Virus record (IMG/VR): IMGVR_UViG_3300042889_000724
Span: 1-62,036 of that record
Reading direction: 5' to 3' (one strand)
Length of the DNA: 62,036 nt
Source of the DNA: a virus
Lineage: Duplodnaviria > Caudoviricetes
This document shows positions 56,960 to 62,036 of the stretch, piece by piece. The position numbers were made by a program, and so were the translations under genes. The stretch's first letter is position 1. Every line of letters starts with the position of its first letter. The notes under the pieces are model-generated. The model was not told the DNA's origin and searched no databases. It saw only the letters and a list, made by a program, of their open reading frames with translations.

Positions 56960-58651
56960 ATGTCTACAATCATTCAAATTAAAAGAAGTTCGGGCGCAAC
57001 TGCCCCAGCAACTTCCGCTCTCCTAGAAGGCGAAATGGCATACGCACAAGACGCAAGCAATAGCGGCGCAAGTGCAAAACTTTATATCGAATCAGTAGAA
57101 GGTGGTTCTGCCGCAATTCATGCTGTCGGTGGTAAGTATTTCACAGACAAGGTTGATGCTCGTCTTATCGATGCAACCTCATCAGTCGGTGGTAAAGCAA
57201 CCTTTGCTGAAGGAACATCTAATGGTTCCAGCAAAGTAACTCTAAAGGCACCAGATTCGCTTGCTGCCGATCTTACTCTGATCCTTCCAACCGCAGACGG
57301 TACAAACGGTCAGATCCTTACCACAAACGGTTCAGGTCAACTCGCATTCTCTGCACCTGCTTCGTCGTCATTCACAATCAGCGACAACCAAGGAACTCCA
57401 AATACTGATTCCTTCTCAACTGGCGGAACTCTGACTTTTGCTGGTTCAGCTGGTGTCAAGACAACAGTTTCAGACAACCAAGTTGCTATCGCTGCTGATA
57501 TTACTGGTGCTACTGCTCTGACATCACTTGCTGATGCAGACGAATTCCTTGTTTATGATGCTTCGGCAACTGCAAACAAGAAGATTACTGCTGAAGATAT
57601 TGGCGATTACATCTATGCTGCCGTTTCTGGCGATATTACAATCAGCGAATCAGGTGTTGCGTCGATTGCTGCCAACTCGGTTGCTCTTGGAACTGACACA
57701 ACTGGTAACTATGTTGCTACTGTTGCTGGAACTGCAAACCAAATTGCTATCACAGGTTCAGGTTCTGAAGATGCTGGTGTAACTGTTGCTCTTACTAATG
57801 ACGTTACCCTTGTTGGTGACCTAACAGTTGGCGGTAACGACATTAAGGCAAATGGCGGCACAACTTCTATCACTCTTTCGGGTGCAGATGTTTCGGTTGC
57901 TGGTGACCTAACAGTTACTGGAAACGACATTAAGTCATCTTCTGCTACTGCTCTAACACTTGACGGTGCAAACGTTGCTGTTGCTGGCGATCTTACTGTA
58001 ACTGGTAACGACATCAAGTCATCTTCTGCAACTGCTCTGACTCTTGACGGTGCAAACGTTACTGTTGCTGGTGATCTAACGGTTGGTGGTAATGACATTA
58101 AGGCATCTGACGGAACTACTGCCCTGACACTTTCAGGCGCTAACGTTACTGTTGCTGGTAACCTTACTGTTTCGGGAACAACAACTACTGTTAACTCGAC
58201 AACTCTAACTGTTACCGATCCACTCGTATTCGTTGGTAACGACAATAACGCAACTGACGCAGTTGACATCGGTCTGTTCGGTATGTATGATACCAGCGGT
58301 TCGCTAGACCTTTACTCAGGTATCTTCCGCGATGCTTCGGACGGTAAGTGGAGACTCTTTAAGGATTCACAAGCTGCTCCAACCACAACTGTTAACACAG
58401 CGGCAACTGGTTACACCATTGCTACTCTTGTTGCTAACCTTGAAGGCGGAACTATTTCTTCGCTTGCTTCGGCAATCAGCGTTCCAAACGGTGGTACTGG
58501 TGCGGCAACGTTTACTGCTAACGGTGTTATGTTCGGTAATGGTACTTCTGCACTCGGAGTTACCGCTGCGGGAACTGCGGGTCAAGTTCTTCTATCTGGT
58601 GGTTCAGGCGCTGCTCCTTCGTTCGGCAATATCGACGGTGGAACATACTAA
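56960..58651 (+). CDS. Tail-fibre-like protein with tandem GDLTV.GNDIK repeats
   Basis: IQIKRS..GE.A N-terminus, four ~25-28-aa repeats, GNLTVSGTTTTVNS, GGTGA, ends IDGGTY. Confidence 0.7.
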   Translation: MSTIIQIKRSSGATAPATSALLEGEMAYAQDASNSGASAKLYIESVEGGSAAIHAVGGKYFTDKVDARLIDATSSVGGKATFAEGTSNGSSKVTLKAPDSLAADLTLILPTADGTNGQILTTNGSGQLAFSAPASSSFTISDNQGTPNTDSFSTGGTLTFAGSAGVKTTVSDNQVAIAADITGATALTSLADADEFLVYDASATANKKITAEDIGDYIYAAVSGDITISESGVASIAANSVALGTDTTGNYVATVAGTANQIAITGSGSEDAGVTVALTNDVTLVGDLTVGGNDIKANGGTTSITLSGADVSVAGDLTVTGNDIKSSSATALTLDGANVAVAGDLTVTGNDIKSSSATALTLDGANVTVAGDLTVGGNDIKASDGTTALTLSGANVTVAGNLTVSGTTTTVNSTTLTVTDPLVFVGNDNNATDAVDIGLFGMYDTSGSLDLYSGIFRDASDGKWRLFKDSQAAPTTTVNTAATGYTIATLVANLEGGTISSLASAISVPNGGTGAATFTANGVMFGNGTSALGVTAAGTAGQVLLSGGSGAAPSFGNIDGGTY

Positions 58652-58659
58652 TATATAAA

Positions 58660-58691
58660 GGGAGGGGAATTTCTCCCCTCCCACTTTTTTT
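58660..58691 (+). terminator. Rho-independent terminator
   Basis: GGGAGGGGA-ATTTC-TCCCCTCCC then AC and T7. Confidence 0.8.
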
Positions 58692-58702
58692 GGAGATAGA
58701 TA

Positions 58703-59029
58703 ATGGATCAAACAAAATTTATTAACTCGTATATTGCAAATCTTGCAGAACGACTGAAGGCGTTAACACTTGATAATATCATGCTGAATACACAACTTAC
58801 GATGGCGAATGAAACCATTAATGAGTTGCAGAAAAAGATTCAAGTTTTAGAAGATATCCAAGCAATACCAATTCCTAAGTCCGACTACATGGGTCTTGAT
58901 GGTAAATTGAAATCTGATTACAGTTACACTGGTGCAGAAGAACCCTACCTCGTTGACGATGCGGAACAAAATGAGAAGGAAATTTTAAATGACAGCGGCG
59001 GCAACGATAGTCCAAGTAAAGAGAAGTGA
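58703..59029 (+). CDS. Hypothetical coiled-coil protein
   Basis: GGAG RBS; heptad pattern. Confidence 0.65.
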   Translation: MDQTKFINSYIANLAERLKALTLDNIMLNTQLTMANETINELQKKIQVLEDIQAIPIPKSDYMGLDGKLKSDYSYTGAEEPYLVDDAEQNEKEILNDSGGNDSPSKEK

Positions 59030-59351
59030 AACTGCTAATGCAATACCCACTGCAGGACAACTTGCAATAGGCGAACTCGCAGTCAATTTGACTGACAAAA
59101 AAATATTTTCTAAGAAAACTGACGGAACAATCGTTTCTATCGGCGGTGTTGGAGTTGATGGTGGAGATGGAACTACCTCGGTAGGCACAATCGCTTTTTC
59201 TGATACTGCATTCAGCGACTTCTTCGTTGATACATCAACTACACCTGGAACAGCAATTGTTCGCCTCAATCAGATAACCGATCTTGACTATGGATTGATT
59301 ACTGATGAAGTAGCAGCATATAATGCAGTTGATTACGGGAGCATCGCATAA
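58989..59351 (+). CDS. Small fibre/adaptor protein
   Basis: VQVKRS....P....L..GELAVN..DKKIF; DYG motifs at the C-terminus. Confidence 0.65.
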   Translation: MTAAATIVQVKRSETANAIPTAGQLAIGELAVNLTDKKIFSKKTDGTIVSIGGVGVDGGDGTTSVGTIAFSDTAFSDFFVDTSTTPGTAIVRLNQITDLDYGLITDEVAAYNAVDYGSIA

Positions 59352-59557
59352 TGGCAGCAAGAGTAAAACTGAGAAGAGGTACTTCTACTCAGCATAATAC
59401 CTTTACTGGCGCTGAAGCAGAAATTACTGTGGACACTACAAACAATACGATAAGGGTGCATGATGGTTCCACTGCTGGTGGTCATCAATTGTTGAAAACC
59501 ACTCTAGCAAACATAGCAGATGGTGCCATTCTTGATGGTGGAACATATACTACCTAA
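59351..59557 (+). CDS. Stand-alone Mtd-N-like fibre domain
   Basis: LRRGT..QH.TFTGA..EITVDT....RVHDG.T.GG; ends LDGGTYTT. Confidence 0.7.
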   Translation: MAARVKLRRGTSTQHNTFTGAEAEITVDTTNNTIRVHDGSTAGGHQLLKTTLANIADGAILDGGTYTT

Positions 59558-59580
59558 ATAGGGTGGACTAGGAGATACAA

Positions 59581-60729
59581 ATGGCAACGATTTTACAACT
59601 TAGAAGAGGGACTACTGTCCAGCACTCTACCTTTACTGGTGCTGTCGGTGAAGTCACAGTCGACACAACAAAAGATACAGTAGTTGTTCATGATGGTACC
59701 ACCGCTGGTGGTAAACCTCTGGCAACTGAAGCATATGTTACTTCGGCAATTCAGACTAAAGATAACACTGACGAAATCACAGAAGGTTCAACAAACCTCT
59801 ACTTTACAACTACCAGAGCAAGAGATGCATTTAGCGCAAGCACAGGTATTAGTATTACTAGTGGCGCAATTTCATCCACCATTACTCAATATACAGATGC
59901 TCTTGCCCGTGGTGCTGTATCTGTAACAGATAGTGGCGGTGATGGATCGCTCGCATATAACAGTTCGACGGGTGTAATTACTTATACTGGTCCAAGTGCA
60001 ACAGATGTTCGCGCTCATATCAGCGCTGGAACTGGTGTTACTATCACTGATGGTGCAGTTGCTATTGGTCAGGCAGTTGGAACTGGATCTAACGTTACGT
60101 TCAATGATTTAACTGTTAGTGGTAATCTAACTGTTTCTGGAACTACAACCACAGTAAATACCGAAACTATTAATCTTGCCGATAATATTATCTTACTGAA
60201 CAGTAATGAAACTAGCACACCAAGTCAAAATGCTGGTATCGAAGTTGAGCGTGGATCTTCTACAAATGTCGTATTTCAATGGAATGAAACTACTGATGTT
60301 TGGGAATATACAGTAGACGGAACCAACTATATTCCAGTTGTTGGTACTACCGCAACTCAAACTCTAACTAACAAGACACTTACCAGTCCTGTGATTGGCA
60401 GCATTGTCAACACTGGTACACTAACTCTACCAACAAGTACGGATACACTAGTCGGTCGTGCTACCACCGATTCTCTTACCAACAAGACAATTAGTGGTGC
60501 ATCAAATACTCTATCAAATATTGGTAACGCATCACTAACCAACAGCAGCATTACTTTAGCAGGCACTGCAGTTTCTCTGGGTGGTGCATTTACCGCAACT
60601 AATATGCTTGATGCAATTAAGACAGTTGATGGTACAGGATCTGGTCTAGATGCCGATCTACTGGATGGTAACTCAAGTGCGTATTTCCGAATCAATGTTT
60701 ACAACTCAGCAGGAACTTTATTGAATTAA
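59581..60729 (+). CDS. Tail-fibre-like protein with Mtd-N-like N-terminal domain
   Basis: LQLRRGT...TFTGA.GEVTVDT; EGSTNLYFT; AGIEVERG; TLTNKT; GSGLDADLLDG. Confidence 0.75.
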   Translation: MATILQLRRGTTVQHSTFTGAVGEVTVDTTKDTVVVHDGTTAGGKPLATEAYVTSAIQTKDNTDEITEGSTNLYFTTTRARDAFSASTGISITSGAISSTITQYTDALARGAVSVTDSGGDGSLAYNSSTGVITYTGPSATDVRAHISAGTGVTITDGAVAIGQAVGTGSNVTFNDLTVSGNLTVSGTTTTVNTETINLADNIILLNSNETSTPSQNAGIEVERGSSTNVVFQWNETTDVWEYTVDGTNYIPVVGTTATQTLTNKTLTSPVIGSIVNTGTLTLPTSTDTLVGRATTDSLTNKTISGASNTLSNIGNASLTNSSITLAGTAVSLGGAFTATNMLDAIKTVDGTGSGLDADLLDGNSSAYFRINVYNSAGTLLN

Positions 60730-60731
60730 TT

Positions 60732-60974
60732 ATGGCAACAGTAATCCAACTAAAAAGAAGTGAAAGTACAGGAGCAATTCCTGCAGTCGGTGATATTGCA
60801 GTCGGAGAACTTGCGGTAAATCTCGCAGACGGTGTATTGTATTCTAAAAAAACCGATGGAAGTATTATTGAGGTCGGAGGATATAATCCAGAATTCTTTA
60901 CTATTCCAGGAACAATCGATCTGGGTGATCTCGCAGGAGTGGATCCTACAGTTTATGACATGGGTACATTATAA
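60732..60974 (+). CDS. Small fibre/adaptor protein, paralog of 58989-59351
   Basis: IQLKRSE..GELAVNLADG.LYSKKTDG; ends YDMGTL. Confidence 0.65.
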   Translation: MATVIQLKRSESTGAIPAVGDIAVGELAVNLADGVLYSKKTDGSIIEVGGYNPEFFTIPGTIDLGDLAGVDPTVYDMGTL

Positions 60975-60977
60975 ATA
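60970..60977 (+). promoter_or_regulatory. T4-type late promoter
   Basis: TATAAATA upstream of gp13. Confidence 0.65.
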
Positions 60978-60996
60978 GTCCCAAAGAGGACAAGAT

Positions 60997-61965
60997 ATGG
61001 CAATTTCTTCAAGACAAGGTTTAATAGATTACTGTCTCCGCAGACTCGGATTTCCAGTAATTGAAATTAATGTGGACGATGATCAAGTAGAAGATCGCAT
61101 CGATGACGCATTACAGTATTTCCAAGAGTATCATTTCGACGGTGTCGAGAGACTCTACCTGACGCACAAAGTCACAACCGCAGAACTAAAATTCTCGGGG
61201 TTGTCTGCACCTTCATTTCAAAACAACGAGATGTTAATCGGTAATACTTCGGGCGCGACATGTATTTTATACACATTATCTGGAACCACTGCGAGAATAA
61301 CAAACGTAAAGGGTGTGTTTACAACAGGTGAAACTGTAACAGGATCTACCTCAGGATTCAGCAGAGCACTCGCAGCAACTAGTTTCTACACTCCAGGTGA
61401 TATTCAGAACGGTTATCTCCCACTCCCAGATTCGGTAATCGGTGTTATCCGTGTTCTTCCCGTCAATGGTCCAAGTTCTGGTATGAACAATCGCAACAAC
61501 ATGTTCGATCTTATCTATCAGTTCCGTCTTAATGACATGTATAACTTGCTGTCTGCTGACATGGTTTATTATACGCAAGTTCAACAGCATCTGTCAATGC
61601 TTGACATGCTTCTAGTTGGCGATCGTTCATTCAAATACAATCGTAAAATGGACAAGATGTATATTGACATGAATTGGGAAGAAGTATTAAATCCTGATGA
61701 TTTTATTGTCGTTGAATGCTATCGTATCCTAGACCCAACAACATACACACAAGTCTATGATGACATGTTCCTGAAACGTTATTCGACTGCATTGATCAAA
61801 CGTCAATGGGGTGAGAACATGAAGAAGTTTGGTGGGATCCAACTTCCTGGGGGTGTAATTCTAAATGGCAGAGAGATCTACGAAGAAGCAGTCGAAGAAA
61901 TCGCGACAATCGAAAACGAAATGCAATTGAAGTCAGAGTTGCCAATAGACTTCATGGTTGGATAA
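60997..61965 (+). CDS. 13: Neck protein gp13
   Basis: LIDYCLRRLG.PVIEINVDDDQ.EDRIDDALQYF.EYHFDG; LKRY.TALIKRQWG.N..KF.G.QLPGG. Confidence 0.95.
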   Translation: MAISSRQGLIDYCLRRLGFPVIEINVDDDQVEDRIDDALQYFQEYHFDGVERLYLTHKVTTAELKFSGLSAPSFQNNEMLIGNTSGATCILYTLSGTTARITNVKGVFTTGETVTGSTSGFSRALAATSFYTPGDIQNGYLPLPDSVIGVIRVLPVNGPSSGMNNRNNMFDLIYQFRLNDMYNLLSADMVYYTQVQQHLSMLDMLLVGDRSFKYNRKMDKMYIDMNWEEVLNPDDFIVVECYRILDPTTYTQVYDDMFLKRYSTALIKRQWGENMKKFGGIQLPGGVILNGREIYEEAVEEIATIENEMQLKSELPIDFMVG

Positions 61966-61968
61966 GAC

Positions 61969-62036
61969 ATGCCAACGAACTTCTATTTTCAATCTGGTAA
62001 TACATCTGGAACCACAAACGAACAACGTTTGGTGGA
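61969..62036 (+). CDS. 14: Neck protein gp14, 5' end (truncated)
   Basis: MPTNFYFQSG..GTTNEQRLV directly after gp13. Confidence 0.8.
   Translation, partial: MPTNFYFQSGNTSGTTNEQRLV

Noticed and set aside
1-62036. Stop-codon reassignment or introns/inteins
   Set aside because: Core genes are full length in the standard code with dense packing, and no intein or intron signatures were seen.

Overview
This window is a 62-kb segment of a large T4-like myovirus, and the host is probably an alphaproteobacterium, judged from a circularly permuted tmRNA with tag ANDNVAFALAA. From left to right it holds: (i) a tightly overlapping accessory operon of six radical-SAM paralogs with N-terminal Cys-rich (Twitch-like) domains, a methyltransferase-like gene, an SGNH-like gene and a NodU/CmcH carbamoyltransferase; (ii) DenV-like glycosylase, phoH, a PD-(D/E)XK nuclease, a two-piece tmRNA, a SleB-type hydrolase, gp33, gp59 and gp32; (iii) the T4-type tail/baseplate module (putative tape measure, gp51, gp26, gp54, gp2, gp4, gp48, gp53, hub protein with SGNH domain, split gp5, gp25, gp6, gp7-like, gp8, a 2088-aa structural protein); (iv) two paralogous proteins whose Tyr/Phe-x-Gly repeats are mirror-symmetric about a central tip, followed by a putative chaperone, five glycosyltransferase-like genes, an oxygenase-like gene and a second methyltransferase-like gene; (v) small fibre/adaptor proteins, gp13 and the start of gp14. 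The most notable items are the mirror-repeat hairpin-fibre proteins with their adjacent modification enzymes (a possible virion-decoration system that may involve the rSAM array), a likely -1 frameshift fusing gp26 to gp51, self-nested domains in the gp7-like protein, and the permuted tmRNA. All calls rest on motif recognition and synteny by eye; no database searches were run.
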